The notes: generated from the letters alone by a model not told the origin. A stretch of DNA of 64,000 bases from Methanocaldococcus sp. 28A (GCA_049852185.1 CP187540.1), one strand, 5' to 3'. Shown: positions 43,413 through 56,156, counted from the stretch's first letter. A program made the numbers and translations.

Positions 43413-45434
43413 TTATAGCAGTCTATACCTTCCTGGTTTTGGTTCATCAATATCCCCATACTTTATCAACTTCTTAATAATATTTTCCAACTCTTCCTCT
43501 TTAATACCTTTCTTTTTAGCTTCTTCGACAATATCTTCATACTCAACAAGCTCAGATTTTTCAGATAATTCTTTAATTATCTCATAAACAGTTGTTAATT
43601 TATCTCTCTCCTTCTTAGATACTCCTAAGATTTTGTCTACATCAAATATTCCAGTTTCTGGGTCATAGGCAATTTCTTTTAAGCATTCAGTGATTATATT
43701 TATTGCTTCTTTAGCATCTTCTTCATCAACAATATCCTTTAACTTTGCCTTTGCATGTGCCTCAGCTATTCTTATCGCCGCCTCTAACAGTCTTGCAGTT
43801 ATTTGATGCTTTTTTCTCATCTCCACATAATAATTAACAAAAATTTCTTTAGCTTTTTCACTAATAACTGGTTTTTTCTGTCTTGCGTAGTAGATATATT
43901 TTATTATAAACTCTTTGTCAATCTTAACTCCATCAACTTCAAAGTAATTTAGACCAATCTTTTTGTTTATCTCCTCATCCAAATAAGCCCTATGCAAATC
44001 TACAATGTATTCAGCAATATCTTTATCTTTATTTTTATCAGAAACATCTCTAATTGGGAATATCAAATCAAACCTACTCAATAAAGGGGCAGGAATATTT
44101 ATCTGTTCAGCTACAGAAACATCTGGGTTAAATCTTCCCCATCTTGGATTGCATGCTGCAAGGATAGCACATTCAGCTGGTAATTTAGCATTAATCCCCC
44201 CTTTACTAATATGAATTGTTTGGCTCTCCATAGCTTCCAAAACATAGCTTTGTAGTTCTTTATTAACAGTTAGCTCATCAATACATGCAGTACCTTTATG
44301 AGCTTTAACCAACAAACCAGGTTTAATAACCCATGTATCCTCACCAATCTCTGTTTTTTCTCTAACAACTGCAGCAGTTAAACCTACTCCAGTGGCAGTA
44401 GTAACAGAACCGTATAAATTACCTGGAATTTCTGCAATTTTTCTTAAAATAACAGTCTTCCCAATCCCAGGGTCTGTGATTAATAATATATGAATATCTG
44501 CCCTTTTTCCTGGTTTTTTAACACCTTTTATCTGTTGTAAGAAAACAGCTTTTTTTATTGCTGAATGTCCTTTAATCTCAGGAATTAATCTATCTGCCAA
44601 TAAATCAACAACATCTTTTCTCTTAGCTATTTTTTTAATCTTTTCAATATCAGAATTTGTTAAATCAATCTTCACTTCACCATCCAAAACTTCACAGTTT
44701 ATTGCCTTAACATAAATATCATAAATTGGCAGTTTTTTGCTCTTTTTAACTCTTATTGGAATACCAGTTATCTTTACCCTTCCAGCATATATTCCAGGGC
44801 TATTTTCTAAGAATGTTGTAATATACTTTGGAGGGTCGTCAGGATTTTCCATTAAATCTGGTGGTTGCTGAACTTTAATCTCTTGAAAATCTGTGTAACT
44901 GCATTTATCATCAATTAAATTTAATTCAGCTCCACATTCACATAAGGCTTTTTCAGGATTTGTTGTAAATATATCAATTTCTTTAACAACTTCTCTTCCA
45001 CATTTTGGACAAATATAATAAGCTTTTTTTAACATTGGCTTTATTTTTGATGCCTTAGCAATAATTCCCTCAAACTCTATCAATCTTCCTAAAGTATCAC
45101 TTTTAATGTCTTCTATTGTAAAAACTTTCCCTTTTTTTGTAGTTTTAAAGATTTCTGGAAGGTTTTTTACAGAAATTATTATATCTGACGGATATTCATT
45201 CCTTAATGTATAGTATGCTTCATTATAACATTCTTTTATAAAATCTATACCTTTTTGAGGATTGTTTATTAAAAATTCTACAAATTCCATCAGTCCAGAG
45301 TTATAAAGCTGATTTAAATCAATTACAACCCTTTCATTATCTAATATAATATCTTCTTGATGAATATTTCTTAGATAGGCAGTTAAATAATCCCTAACTT
45401 CTTCTAAAATTAAGTCTTCATCCCTCAATTCCAT
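43413..45434 (-). CDS. mcm: MCM helicase paralogue
   Basis: Zn finger CPKC..CEC, Walker A DPGIGKT, IDEL, AACNP, LLSRFDL and C-terminal wHTH. Confidence 0.93.
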   Translation of the reverse strand: MELRDEDLILEEVRDYLTAYLRNIHQEDIILDNERVVIDLNQLYNSGLMEFVEFLINNPQKGIDFIKECYNEAYYTLRNEYPSDIIISVKNLPEIFKTTKKGKVFTIEDIKSDTLGRLIEFEGIIAKASKIKPMLKKAYYICPKCGREVVKEIDIFTTNPEKALCECGAELNLIDDKCSYTDFQEIKVQQPPDLMENPDDPPKYITTFLENSPGIYAGRVKITGIPIRVKKSKKLPIYDIYVKAINCEVLDGEVKIDLTNSDIEKIKKIAKRKDVVDLLADRLIPEIKGHSAIKKAVFLQQIKGVKKPGKRADIHILLITDPGIGKTVILRKIAEIPGNLYGSVTTATGVGLTAAVVREKTEIGEDTWVIKPGLLVKAHKGTACIDELTVNKELQSYVLEAMESQTIHISKGGINAKLPAECAILAACNPRWGRFNPDVSVAEQINIPAPLLSRFDLIFPIRDVSDKNKDKDIAEYIVDLHRAYLDEEINKKIGLNYFEVDGVKIDKEFIIKYIYYARQKKPVISEKAKEIFVNYYVEMRKKHQITARLLEAAIRIAEAHAKAKLKDIVDEEDAKEAINIITECLKEIAYDPETGIFDVDKILGVSKKERDKLTTVYEIIKELSEKSELVEYEDIVEEAKKKGIKEEELENIIKKLIKYGDIDEPKPGRYRLL

Positions 45435-45453
45435 ATTGACATCCCCATACAAA

Positions 45454-45564
45454 TATAGTTGTGTGTAAAACTATCTTAAAAATAAGGTATTAATGAATGC
45501 CTTTCTTATAGAAGGCATCCAAATTGCCATTATAAAAGTTTATTTTATTTTGCACACAACTATA
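45454..45564. repeat. Palindromic repeat, family B
   Basis: Inverted copy of 3266-3379. Confidence 0.88.
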
Positions 45565-45633
45565 AATCGTGTTTTAGAGAATTTTAAACAAAAAAAATAG
45601 ATAATTTTACTTTTTAATTATATTATTTCCTAT

Positions 45634-46848
45634 TTATCCATTTGCAGTATTTAAACTATTTATATAATCAACAACCTTTAAAACTCCCATGGCTATTCCC
45701 TCAACCTCTATTCCTCCTCTCCCTTTAGCTCCATCTCCAACTAAATAAAGCTTATCATTAACAATATTGTCAATATCAGTTCCATTAGATGCATGATTTA
45801 CAGGCCAATCATCCCTATATGACTGAATATGTAATATTTTGTAATCTTTTCCTTTAAAGAGATTTTCAATATCCTCTAATCCTAAATCAATTTCCTTTTT
45901 TACATTGTAGGTTAGTTGTGTTTGATGAGTCATAACTAAATGCCATCCTTCAGGGGCTAAGGATTTATCTACATTTGTTACTTGATTTAAACCATTTATT
46001 CTTTCACATTCTGGAGTAAAGAGAACTCCACTATGATTTATAATTCCTTCCTTTGTAGCTATGCTTATCTTTATTCCTTTAGAAGGTTTTGGTTTTGATT
46101 TTAAAAATTTTATGTTGCATATCTTTTGTGTTTCAATTGGAGATATGTTGCTTACAACTACATCAAATTCATAATCATCAATATATACTTTTTCATCAAT
46201 CTCAATGCTTTTAACTTCATATTCTTTAATAATTCTTCCATTGTTCTTTTCAATAATTTTTGAAAGTTCGTCAATAATAGCTTTACAACCCCCTATAGGA
46301 ATTCCAGGCCCTCCAAATTTGTAGTAGTTTTTAGCTATCTCTATGATTTCACTCATTGGTGTTTCATAAGCTGTTAAACTCAAAGCCCATCCAGTAAATG
46401 CATTTCCTACTTTTAGAGCTAAATCAACATCTTCTAAAAACTCTCCAAATGAAATATCTTCATCAACTTTTTCCAACTTTAATTTAGCTGCCATATTTAA
46501 TGCCTTAACTTTCTCTTTGAATCCTAAGAGTGAAAATAGCTCTCTATATAGATACTCTTTTCCATTAACTAAAAATGTCCCATCTGGTTCTGAATTTATA
46601 ATCTTTACTTTAGCTCCTGCTCTTTTTAGTAACTGAGCTAAATAACCATCATTTCCGTGCGGTATCATATGTAAAGCTCCAGTTGTTAGTTGAAATCCTT
46701 CATACTCTAAGTTTGTAAATCTTCCACCCAAAAATGGAAGTTTTTCAAAGATAACTACATCATGATTCTTAGATAACAATGCTCCAGCTAACAAGCCACC
46801 TAAGCCAGCCCCAACAATACCAATTTTCATAATATCAACCATTTTCAT
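45634..46848 (-). CDS. Phytoene-dehydrogenase-like FAD oxidoreductase
   Basis: GAGLGG, GGRF and TTGALHMIPHG motifs. Confidence 0.82.
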   Translation of the reverse strand: MKMVDIMKIGIVGAGLGGLLAGALLSKNHDVVIFEKLPFLGGRFTNLEYEGFQLTTGALHMIPHGNDGYLAQLLKRAGAKVKIINSEPDGTFLVNGKEYLYRELFSLLGFKEKVKALNMAAKLKLEKVDEDISFGEFLEDVDLALKVGNAFTGWALSLTAYETPMSEIIEIAKNYYKFGGPGIPIGGCKAIIDELSKIIEKNNGRIIKEYEVKSIEIDEKVYIDDYEFDVVVSNISPIETQKICNIKFLKSKPKPSKGIKISIATKEGIINHSGVLFTPECERINGLNQVTNVDKSLAPEGWHLVMTHQTQLTYNVKKEIDLGLEDIENLFKGKDYKILHIQSYRDDWPVNHASNGTDIDNIVNDKLYLVGDGAKGRGGIEVEGIAMGVLKVVDYINSLNTANG

Positions 46849-46855
46849 TTATATT

Positions 46856-48136
46856 TTATAATTCCCCAGTCTGTAAATATTTTGAAATTTTCTTAGCTAA
46901 TATCTCCTGGTTATGCCATGTTCCATAAAATATTCCTTTGGGAATCTCATGTCTCATAGCTCTTATTATTTTTTTATCAACTATTCCAGGATTTGCCTTT
47001 GCAAATGGGGTTTGAGGTAGAGGCATAAAGGTGTGTGCATGTATTTTAGCACCCATTTTTATTAAATCTTTCATAACCTTTATTGTTCTCTCAATATCTT
47101 CCTCAGTTTCTCCTGGAAGTCCAAAAATAAAATCTAAATTAACATTAATACCTTTTTTTATTGCAGTAGTTACTGCGTTATATATATCTTCAACTGTATG
47201 CCCTCTGTGACATAAATCTAATATTCTTTGACTTCCTGATTGTGCTCCAACAACTAAGCTTTTATTGTCAGCATATTTTAAAATTAAATCTATTGTCTCA
47301 TCATTAACATGTTCTGGTCTAACTTCTGAAGGGAATGTTCCAAAGAATATTCTCCCATCTTTATTTAAAATTTCTCTAATATTTTCCAACAACTTTTCAA
47401 TCTTATCAATATTTAATGTTTTCCCATCCTTAGAGCCATAGGCAAAAGCATTTGGGGTTATAAACCTAATGTCTTTCAAATCCCTTTCAGCCATTATTTC
47501 CACGTATTTGCAGATATTTTCAACACTTCTATGTCTAACATTCTTTCCAAAGATTCTTGGTGTTTGACAGAAGAAGCAACCATAAGGGCAACCTCTTGTT
47601 ATCTCTATATGTCCAAATTTATTATGCTTTACAGGAAATGGAGGATATTTATTCAAATCAATAGGTTTTCTTTTTCCAGTGTAAATAAATTTATCGTCAT
47701 CTAAGTATGCTATTCCTTTAACTTTTTTATAATCTTCATTTTCATTAATTGCTTTAATAAATTCAGGAAATGTCTCTTCTCCCTCTCCAATGCAAACTAC
47801 ATCAAATCCTAACTTTAACGTTCCTTTTGGGTCGCCTGTTGGATGTGGGCCTCCAGCTAAATAAATAATTTTCTTCCTATAATTTTGATATTTAGCTTTT
47901 AATTCATTAATTAATTCAAAAGTTTTCCATAACTCAGTTGTAAAGAAAGATATTGCAATAATAATTTTATCATAATTTTTTAAAACTCTCTCTAAATTAA
48001 AAATGTCTTTTTTATTGGCAAAATATATTGAAAAGTTATCAAAATATTCATCAACTTCCAAAGCTCCTATCAATGCGTTGAAACTATTTTTATGTAATTT
48101 TGTATAATAAACTACCAAAGCTGTGTTCTTTTCCAT
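46856..48136 (-). CDS. B12-binding radical SAM protein
   Basis: GGPHPT, GEGE and [10 protein letters not shown] motifs. Confidence 0.88.
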   Translation of the reverse strand: MEKNTALVVYYTKLHKNSFNALIGALEVDEYFDNFSIYFANKKDIFNLERVLKNYDKIIIAISFFTTELWKTFELINELKAKYQNYRKKIIYLAGGPHPTGDPKGTLKLGFDVVCIGEGEETFPEFIKAINENEDYKKVKGIAYLDDDKFIYTGKRKPIDLNKYPPFPVKHNKFGHIEITRGCPYGCFFCQTPRIFGKNVRHRSVENICKYVEIMAERDLKDIRFITPNAFAYGSKDGKTLNIDKIEKLLENIREILNKDGRIFFGTFPSEVRPEHVNDETIDLILKYADNKSLVVGAQSGSQRILDLCHRGHTVEDIYNAVTTAIKKGINVNLDFIFGLPGETEEDIERTIKVMKDLIKMGAKIHAHTFMPLPQTPFAKANPGIVDKKIIRAMRHEIPKGIFYGTWHNQEILAKKISKYLQTGEL

Positions 48137-48178
48137 ATCTTTCCCTAGAAATATTTATCCTCAAATAGGATAATTAAC

Positions 48179-48304
48179 ATAGAACTTTCGCAGAAATAAA
48201 TTTTTAAAGGTTAAATCAAATGGGACTTTCGCACTTTATATAATTAATTAAGGAAAATATGCTACCAAAATCATCATTAATATTTACCTATACGAAAGTC
48301 CTAT
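48179..48304. repeat. Two nested or partial family-A repeats
   Basis: ATAGAACTTTCGCAG, then TGGGACTTTCGCAC...CGAAAGTCCTAT. Confidence 0.75.
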
Positions 48305-48362
48305 GACAAAAACTATATTAAAGCTAAAAATATAAAATAAAATTTTTAATGCTAAAAATTTT

Positions 48363-49544
48363 TTGGTGGAATTTATGGCAATTGGGACACCTCTTTTGAG
48401 GGGTAGTGTAAAATTTTTGTTATTAGGTAGTGGTGAATTAGGAAAAGAAGTAGTTATTGAAGCTCAAAGATTAGGGATTGAGTGTATAGCAGTAGATAGA
48501 TACCAAAATGCCCCAGCTATGCAAGTAGCTCACAAAAGCTATGTTATTGATATGAAAGATTATGACGCGTTGATGGCAATTATTGAGAGAGAAGAGCCAG
48601 ATTACATTGTTCCTGAAATTGAAGCAATAAATACAGATGCATTAATAGATGCTGAAAAAATGGGTTATACCGTTATCCCAACAGCTGAAGCAACAAAAAT
48701 AACCATGAATAGAGAGTTAATAAGAAGATTAGCAGCTGAAAAATTGAAATTAAGAACTGCTAAATATGAATTTGCAGATTCCTTAGAAGAGTTGAAAGAG
48801 GCCGTAGAAAAACTTGGCTTGCCTTGTGTTGTAAAACCAATCATGTCTTCATCTGGAAAGGGGCAGAGTGTAATTAAAAAAGAAGAGGATATAGAAAAAG
48901 CTTGGATAATAGCAAAAGAAGGAGCAAGAGGGATAGGAAATAGAGTTATTGTAGAAGAGTTTATAAACTTTGATTATGAGATAACCTTATTAACTATAAG
49001 AACTAAGGAAGGAACTAAGTTTTGTGAGCCAATAGGGCATATTCAAATAGATGGAGACTATCACGAAAGTTGGCAACCTCACGATATGCTTGATGAATTA
49101 AAAGAACAAGCTCAAGATATAGCTAAGAAGGTTACTGATGCATTAGGAGGATATGGAATCTTTGGAGTTGAGTTGTTTGTTAAAGGAAATGAGGTTATAT
49201 TTAGCGAGGTTTCACCAAGACCTCATGATACAGGAATGGTTACAATGATTACCCAAGAGATGAGTGAATTCGAGATTCATGTTAGAGCTATATTAGGGTT
49301 GCCAGTATCAACAAATCTTATTCATCCAGGAGCTAGCCATGTAATAAAAGCTAATATTAACAAATACGCTCCAAAATATCATATAGAAGAAGCTTTAAAA
49401 GTGCCAAATACTAAATTAAGATTGTTTGGTAAACCAAATGCAAAAGTTGGTAGAAGGATGGGTGTTGCTTTAGCTTACGCTGATTCAGTAGAGAAAGCAA
49501 GAGCGTTAGCTGAAAAATGTGCCCATGCAGTTAGAATTGAATAA
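48363..49544 (+). CDS. purT: Formate-dependent phosphoribosylglycinamide formyltransferase (likely start ATG 48375)
   Basis: [22 protein letters not shown] and PRPHDTG motifs. Confidence 0.96.
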   Translation: MVEFMAIGTPLLRGSVKFLLLGSGELGKEVVIEAQRLGIECIAVDRYQNAPAMQVAHKSYVIDMKDYDALMAIIEREEPDYIVPEIEAINTDALIDAEKMGYTVIPTAEATKITMNRELIRRLAAEKLKLRTAKYEFADSLEELKEAVEKLGLPCVVKPIMSSSGKGQSVIKKEEDIEKAWIIAKEGARGIGNRVIVEEFINFDYEITLLTIRTKEGTKFCEPIGHIQIDGDYHESWQPHDMLDELKEQAQDIAKKVTDALGGYGIFGVELFVKGNEVIFSEVSPRPHDTGMVTMITQEMSEFEIHVRAILGLPVSTNLIHPGASHVIKANINKYAPKYHIEEALKVPNTKLRLFGKPNAKVGRRMGVALAYADSVEKARALAEKCAHAVRIE

Positions 49545-49559
49545 TTTAAATATTTAAGT

Positions 49560-49927
49560 GATATTTATCACGCTAAAAGTTTTTTATTTTTAATTTAGAA
49601 ATTTTTAAAGGAATATTTTTTGATTTTAAGGATTTTTAGCTAATTTCTAAGGGTAGTTTATTTTTAATATTTTATTTATTTGGATATATTAAATTAGTAA
49701 GATTTTTAAGAGATTTTAGATAATTATTTTCATATTTTGATTTCCCCGATATATAATTTGATTTTTTAGATTTAAGGGTTTTATTGTTTTAATTAACACA
49801 ATACCGTAAAGTATTTATATTAGTTAGGATATATAAAGAAACCAAGTAATTGGGGGGTCGTAATATACCCCCTATAAAATAAAGATTTAAAAATGCTTAA
49901 TTTCGTTTAATTCAAAAAATGCCTCCT
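49560..49927 (+). promoter_or_regulatory. Leader of CRISPR array 2
   Basis: Long AT-rich region; AAAGA-TTTAAAAA about 36 nt before the first repeat; GGGGG/CCCCC inverted motif at 49851-49872. Confidence 0.7.
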
Positions 49928-50174
49928 ATTAAAATAAGACCGATTCGGTATGGAAACATATTTCATTTCTTCCTCTTCTTTTTTTTTTCTTTTATTAAAA
50001 TAAGACCGATTCGGTATGGAAACTTATTTCGTATGCCACATATAAGGCAATCAACCCGTTAATATTACATTAAAATAAGACCGATTCGGTATGGAAACAT
50101 CACAATATTCAACAATGCATACTTTTTAACAATAATGAACTACAATTAAAATAAGACCGATTCGGTATGGAAAC
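49928..50174 (+). CRISPR. CRISPR array 2: four 30-nt repeats, three spacers (36, 45, 46 nt)
   Basis: ATTAAAATAAGACCGATTCGGTATGGAAAC at 49928, 49994, 50069 and 50145. Confidence 0.96.
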
Positions 50175-50327
50175 TAAAAATCTTATCTATTTTTTCAAAA
50201 ACTATATATCAATTTTATTAATTTAAATATTTATTAAGTTTAATCTATTTTGGATAAAGGTCTTATATTCTGAAGTAATATACAATACTGAAATAAAATT
50301 TATCAATTTTTAAAAATATTCAACTAA

Positions 50328-53300
50328 GTGATTATTATGGTTCATGTTGCATGCTCTGAAAACATGAAAAAATATTTTGAAAACATTGTTAGTGAGGTTA
50401 AAAAACTCTATAAAATAGCTGAAGAGTGTAGAAAAAAGGGATTTGACCCTGTAGATGAAGTTGAAATTCCTTTAGCTGCTGATATGGCTGATAGGGTTGA
50501 GGGATTGGTAGGACCTAAAGGTGTGGCTGAGAGAATTAGAGAATTGGTTAAGGAGTTAGGTAAAGAGCCAGCTGCATTGGAGATAGCTAAAGAAATTGTA
50601 GAAGGAAAATTTGGAAATTTTGATAAGGAAAAGAAAGCTGAACAGGCAGTTAGAACTGCATTGGCTGTATTAACTGAGGGGATTGTTGCTGCACCATTAG
50701 AAGGAATTGCAGATGTTAAAATAAAGAAAAACCCAGATGGAAGTGAATATTTAGCTATTTATTATGCAGGACCTATAAGAAGTGCGGGGGGAACAGCTCA
50801 AGCATTATCTGTTTTAGTTGGAGACTTTGTTAGAAAGGCAATGGGTTTGGATAGATATAAGCCAACAGAGGATGAAATTGAGAGATATGTTGAGGAAGTT
50901 GAGTTATACCAATCAGAAGTTGGTAGCTTCCAATACAACCCAACAGCTGATGAAATTAGAACAGCTATAAGAAATATACCAATTGAAATTACTGGAGAGG
51001 CAACTGATGATGTTGAAGTTTCTGGACATAGGGATTTGCCAAGAGTAGAGACAAATCAACTAAGGGGAGGGGCCTTATTAGTTTTGGTTGAGGGAGTTTT
51101 GTTAAAGGCACCAAAGATATTGAGGCACGTTGATAAATTGGGAATAGAGGGATGGGATTGGCTTAAAGATTTAATGAGTAAAAAAGAAGAAAAAAATGAA
51201 AAGAAAGAAGATGAAGAAGAAAATATAGAGGAAGATATAGAGGAAGAGGAGATAAGTGGATACTGGAGAGATGTTAAAATAGAAGCAAACAAAAAGTTTA
51301 TAAGTGAAGTTATCGCAGGAAGGCCGGTATTTGCCCATCCATCAAAGGTTGGAGGGTTTAGATTAAGATATGGTAGAAGTAGAAATACAGGTTTTGCAAC
51401 TCAAGGATTTCATCCAGCTTTAATGTATTTGGTAGATGAATTTATGGCTGTTGGAACTCAGTTAAAGACAGAAAGACCTGGAAAGGCAACATGTGTAGTT
51501 CCAGTTGATAGCATTGAGCCACCAATTGTTAAGCTAAAAAATGGAGACGTTATTAGAGTTGATACAATAGAGAAAGCTATAGAGGTTAGAGATAGAGTTG
51601 AAGAAATTCTATTCTTAGGAGATGTTTTAGTTAATTATGGGGATTTTTTAGAAAACAATCATCCTTTATTGCCAAGCTGTTGGTGTGAAGAGTGGTATGA
51701 AAAAATATTGATAGCTAATAATATAGAGTATGATAAAGAGTTTATAAAAAATCCAAAGCCAGAAGAGGCTGTTAAATTTGCTTTAAAAACAAAAACTCCT
51801 TTACATCCAAGATTTACATACCATTGGCATGATGTTGGCAAGGAAGATATAATCCTATTAAGAAATTGGATATTAAAAGGGAAAGAAGATAATTTTGAAG
51901 GAAAGAATGTTTGGATTGTTGATTTAAAAACAGAGGAAGATAAAAAAGCTAAGAGAATTTTAGAGTTAATTGGTTGCTGTCATTTGGTTAGAGGCAAAAA
52001 AGTTATAATTGAGGAGTATTATCCTTTACTTTACTCATTAGGCTTTGATGTTGAAAATAAAAAGGATTTAATTGATAATATAGACGAAATTTTAAAATCA
52101 GCCAAAAATAGCATGCATCTAATAAACCTATTAGCTCCATTTGAGGTTAGAAGAAACACCTATATATATGTTGGAGCAAGAATGGGAAGACCTGAGAAAG
52201 CTGCTCCAAGAAAGATGAAACCTCCAGTTAATGGTCTCTTTCCTATAGGAAATGCTGGAGGACAAGTTAGATTGATAAATAAGGCTGTTGAAGAAAACAA
52301 TACTGATGATATTGAAGTTTCTTACACAAGATGTCCATATTGTGGAAAAGTTTCATTATATAGAGTTTGTCCATTCTGTGGAAATAGAGTTGAATTAGAT
52401 GAATTTGGAAAAATTAAAGCTCCATTAAAAGATTATTGGTATTCTGCTCTAAAAAGATTGGGAATAAATAAGCCAGGAGATGTTAAGTGCATTAAAGGGA
52501 TGACATCAAAAGAGAAAATTGTTGAACCATTGGAAAAAGCCATATTAAGGGCTATGAATGAAGTTTATGTCTTTAAAGATGGAACATCAAGATTTGATTG
52601 CACAGATGTTCCTATAACTCATTTTAAACCAAACGAGATAAATGTCAGTGTTGAAAAGTTAAGAGAGCTTGGATATGATAAAGATATTTATGGTAATGAG
52701 TTAATTGACGGAGAGCAGGTTGTTGAGCTAAAACCTCAAGATGTAATTATTCCAGAGAGCTGTGCAGAGTATTTTGTCAGAGTAGCTAATTTTATAGATG
52801 AATTGTTAGAGAGATTTTATAAAGTTGAGAAATATTACAATGTAAAAAAGAAAGAGGATTTAATTGGACACTTAGTTATTGGTATGGCTCCACACACCTC
52901 AGCAGGAATGGTTGGAAGAATTATTGGCTATACTAAAGCAAATGTAGGTTATGCACATCCATATTTCCACGCTGCTAAGAGAAGAAATTGCTTCCCAGGA
53001 GATACAAGGATTTTGGTAAATATAGATGGAAATGTTGAGAGAATAACATTAGAGGAGCTATATGAATTGTTTAATGAAAATGATGAGGTATTTGAAAAAG
53101 ATGCATTCATCAGAAAGAAGCCAAAGAGAAATATTAAAGTTTATTCCTTCGATACAGAAAATAGAAAAGTTGTTTTAACAGATATTGAGGAGGTTTTAAA
53201 AATCCCTTCACCAAATCATTTAATAAAGATAACATTAGATGGTAACAGAGAATTTATAACCACCCATGACCATCCAGTTATGGTTTATGAAAATGGAGAG

Positions 53301-55202
53301 TTTATAAAAAAATTGGCAATGGATGTTAAAGAAGGAGATTTAATTCTTATCCCAAAGATTGATTTTGAAGAGAAAGATATAGAAGAGTTTGACTTATTAA
53401 AAGAGTTTTCAAAGGTAGAGTTTAAAGAGCTATGGAGCGTTTTAAGAGTTAGGGGCATTAAAGATTGGATTAAAGAGAATATAAGCAAAGAGTTAATTAG
53501 AGAGTTAAAATTGAATGATTATTTAAGGTATGATACAATACCGTTGGATAAACTAATGATATTATTGGAAAAATCAAATGTAACAATAGATGATGTTCCA
53601 AAGGATTGCTATATAGCAGTTAGAAGAGATAAGGTAAATATTAAAAGAATGATTAAAATTGAGCCGTTATTAAAGCTTATTGGCTACTATCTCTCTGAGG
53701 GATATGCAAGGGAATCAAAGAGTGTATATCAAATAAACTTCTCAGCCCATGAAGAGGAACTTAGAGAGAACATTAAAAAAGCAATAAAAGAGGCATTTGG
53801 AGATGTAAATATCTATGAAAATAAAGAAGATGGAAAAATAACATTATCATCAAGAGTTGTTTATTTATTCTTTACAAAGGTTTTAAAAATTGGTAAAAAG
53901 GCAAAATCAAAGAGAGTTCCAAGTTTTATCTTTAATTTACCAAAGGAAAAAGTAAGATTAATGCTATCAGCATATTTTGATGGAGATGGAACTGCGTTAA
54001 CAACTACTCCAAGAGTTGCAGTATATAGTGCTAATAAAAAATTGTTGGAAGATATAGATTTATTATTGAATAGATTTGGAATTAAAACATACTGGACTGT
54101 AGAAGAAAATGCAAATGAAAGAGATGAAAGCTGTGTAAAGAAATATTATGAAGAGAGAGGAAAAGAAGTTCCAAAATCCATTGTTTATGCTTTAAATATA
54201 GCAGGACATTATTATGACATATTCTTTAAAGAAATTGGTTTTTTCTTGAATAGAAAGCAGGAGATTTATAAATTACATAAAAATAGGATAATAAAAGATG
54301 ATGTGACAGCATATAAATTTGGTTGGATTGTAGGAGTCAAAAAAACTGAACTAATAAAATCTGAGGATAAATTTATCTATTCATTAAATGCGAAGAAGTA
54401 TCACAATGTAATAATAAATGAAAATATTCAAACATATCAATGTGATGGCGACGAAGATGCCTTCTTTTTGCTTTTAGACGCATTTTTGAACTTTTCTAAG
54501 AAATTCCTGCCTGATAAAAGAGGAGGGCAAATGGACGCTCCATTAGTATTAACAACCATATTGGACCCAAAGGAAGTGGATGGAGAAGTTCATAATATGG
54601 ATGTTGTTTGGAGTTATCCATTAGAGTTTTATGAAAAAACATTAGAAATGCCTTCACCAAAAGAAGTTAAAGAATTAATAGAGACAGTAGAGGATAGATT
54701 AGGAAAACCAGAGCAGTATGAGGGATTAGGCTATACTCATGAAACAAGTAGAATTGATTTAGGACCAAAAGTTTGTGCATATAAAACCTTAGGTTCAATG
54801 CTTGAAAAAACAAATGCTCAACTTTCAGTAGCTAAAAAGATTAGAGCAACAGATGAGAGAGATGTTGCTGAGAAGGTCATACAATCTCACTTCATACCAG
54901 ATTTAATTGGAAATTTAAGAGCTTTCTCAAGACAAGCGGTAAGATGTAAATGTGGGGCTAAGTATAGAAGAATTCCTTTAAGAGGAGTTTGTCCAAAGTG
55001 TGGTTCTAAGTTAATATTAACTGTATCAAAAGGAGCTGTTGAAAAGTATATGGATGTTGCAGAGAAGATGGCTGAGGAATACAATGTAAATGATTATATA
55101 AAACAAAGATTAAAAATTATTAGAGAGGGAATAAATTCAATATTTGAAAATGATAAAAGTAAGCAAGTTAAATTAAGTGATTTCTTTAAAATAAATTCTT
55201 AA
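50328..55202 (+). CDS. polC: DNA polymerase D large subunit DP2, with intein
   Basis: [34 protein letters not shown] and C-terminal Zn fingers. Confidence 0.97.
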   Translation: MIIMVHVACSENMKKYFENIVSEVKKLYKIAEECRKKGFDPVDEVEIPLAADMADRVEGLVGPKGVAERIRELVKELGKEPAALEIAKEIVEGKFGNFDKEKKAEQAVRTALAVLTEGIVAAPLEGIADVKIKKNPDGSEYLAIYYAGPIRSAGGTAQALSVLVGDFVRKAMGLDRYKPTEDEIERYVEEVELYQSEVGSFQYNPTADEIRTAIRNIPIEITGEATDDVEVSGHRDLPRVETNQLRGGALLVLVEGVLLKAPKILRHVDKLGIEGWDWLKDLMSKKEEKNEKKEDEEENIEEDIEEEEISGYWRDVKIEANKKFISEVIAGRPVFAHPSKVGGFRLRYGRSRNTGFATQGFHPALMYLVDEFMAVGTQLKTERPGKATCVVPVDSIEPPIVKLKNGDVIRVDTIEKAIEVRDRVEEILFLGDVLVNYGDFLENNHPLLPSCWCEEWYEKILIANNIEYDKEFIKNPKPEEAVKFALKTKTPLHPRFTYHWHDVGKEDIILLRNWILKGKEDNFEGKNVWIVDLKTEEDKKAKRILELIGCCHLVRGKKVIIEEYYPLLYSLGFDVENKKDLIDNIDEILKSAKNSMHLINLLAPFEVRRNTYIYVGARMGRPEKAAPRKMKPPVNGLFPIGNAGGQVRLINKAVEENNTDDIEVSYTRCPYCGKVSLYRVCPFCGNRVELDEFGKIKAPLKDYWYSALKRLGINKPGDVKCIKGMTSKEKIVEPLEKAILRAMNEVYVFKDGTSRFDCTDVPITHFKPNEINVSVEKLRELGYDKDIYGNELIDGEQVVELKPQDVIIPESCAEYFVRVANFIDELLERFYKVEKYYNVKKKEDLIGHLVIGMAPHTSAGMVGRIIGYTKANVGYAHPYFHAAKRRNCFPGDTRILVNIDGNVERITLEELYELFNENDEVFEKDAFIRKKPKRNIKVYSFDTENRKVVLTDIEEVLKIPSPNHLIKITLDGNREFITTHDHPVMVYENGEFIKKLAMDVKEGDLILIPKIDFEEKDIEEFDLLKEFSKVEFKELWSVLRVRGIKDWIKENISKELIRELKLNDYLRYDTIPLDKLMILLEKSNVTIDDVPKDCYIAVRRDKVNIKRMIKIEPLLKLIGYYLSEGYARESKSVYQINFSAHEEELRENIKKAIKEAFGDVNIYENKEDGKITLSSRVVYLFFTKVLKIGKKAKSKRVPSFIFNLPKEKVRLMLSAYFDGDGTALTTTPRVAVYSANKKLLEDIDLLLNRFGIKTYWTVEENANERDESCVKKYYEERGKEVPKSIVYALNIAGHYYDIFFKEIGFFLNRKQEIYKLHKNRIIKDDVTAYKFGWIVGVKKTELIKSEDKFIYSLNAKKYHNVIINENIQTYQCDGDEDAFFLLLDAFLNFSKKFLPDKRGGQMDAPLVLTTILDPKEVDGEVHNMDVVWSYPLEFYEKTLEMPSPKEVKELIETVEDRLGKPEQYEGLGYTHETSRIDLGPKVCAYKTLGSMLEKTNAQLSVAKKIRATDERDVAEKVIQSHFIPDLIGNLRAFSRQAVRCKCGAKYRRIPLRGVCPKCGSKLILTVSKGAVEKYMDVAEKMAEEYNVNDYIKQRLKIIREGINSIFENDKSKQVKLSDFFKINS
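52989..54440 (+). mobile_element. 484-aa intein with LAGLIDADG homing endonuclease in polC
   Basis: Starts CFPGDT; block B TTHDHP; LAGLIDADG boxes LIGYYLSEG and LSAYFDGDG; ends IQTYQ before Cys+1. Confidence 0.95.
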
Positions 55203-55231
55203 AGTTTATTTTATTTGCATAAAACTATATT

Positions 55232-56122
55232 TTGGGGATTATTATGGAAGTAATTCCATTAGCATCTGAAAGCTTAGGAGTTAGGTCATTGGCAACCTAT
55301 GTTAAAACAAAGGATGTGGGGATTTTAATAGACCCTGGTGTTGCTTTAGCCCCAGATAGATTTGGTTTAAAACCAAATGATATAGAATTTAAAAAATTAA
55401 AAGAACTGAGAAATAAAATCAATGAGTATGCAAAAAAAAGTGATATTATAATTATTTCTCATTATCATTACGACCATTATACACCATTTTTTGATGACAT
55501 ATACTTAGAGTCAAAGGATTATGCCAAAGAACTATACAAGAACAAAATATTACTAATAAAGCATCCAACTGAATTTATAAATAAAAGTCAGATGGAGAGA
55601 GCAAAAAAATTTTTGGAACATGTTAAAAATATTGCAAAAAAGATAGAATTTGCAGACAACAAAACATTTAAATTTGGAAAGACAGAGATAAAATTTTCCC
55701 CACCATTTCCACATGGAAGAGATAACAAGTTAGGATATGTTTTAATAACAACAATTAAAGAAGGTAATTTTAAGTTTATGCACACTTCAGACACTCAAGG
55801 AATATTATTTGATGAGATTAGGGATTATATAATTAAAGAAAAACCAAATCTAATACTTATAGGAGGTCCTCCTACATATTTAATGCATAGATACGGAAAA
55901 AAGAACTTAGAAAAAACCAACGAAAATTTAAAATATATAGTGGAAAATACTGGAGCTGAGATTATAATTGACCATCACTTATTAAGAGATAAAAAGTTTA
56001 GAGAAAAGATAAATATTGATTTCAAAACAGTTGCTGAGTTTTTAGGAGAAAAGAATCTGTTATTGGAAGCATATAGAAAAGAGATTAAGCATGGAAAATG
56101 TTTAGAGGAATTATTTAAATAA
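55232..56122 (+). CDS. UPF0282 metallo-beta-lactamase-fold hydrolase
   Basis: ESLGVRS, SHYHYDH and DHHLLRD motifs. Confidence 0.88.
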   Translation: MGIIMEVIPLASESLGVRSLATYVKTKDVGILIDPGVALAPDRFGLKPNDIEFKKLKELRNKINEYAKKSDIIIISHYHYDHYTPFFDDIYLESKDYAKELYKNKILLIKHPTEFINKSQMERAKKFLEHVKNIAKKIEFADNKTFKFGKTEIKFSPPFPHGRDNKLGYVLITTIKEGNFKFMHTSDTQGILFDEIRDYIIKEKPNLILIGGPPTYLMHRYGKKNLEKTNENLKYIVENTGAEIIIDHHLLRDKKFREKINIDFKTVAEFLGEKNLLLEAYRKEIKHGKCLEELFK

Positions 56123-56156
56123 TTCATAAAAATATATAAAATTTTGAAGAAATAAA

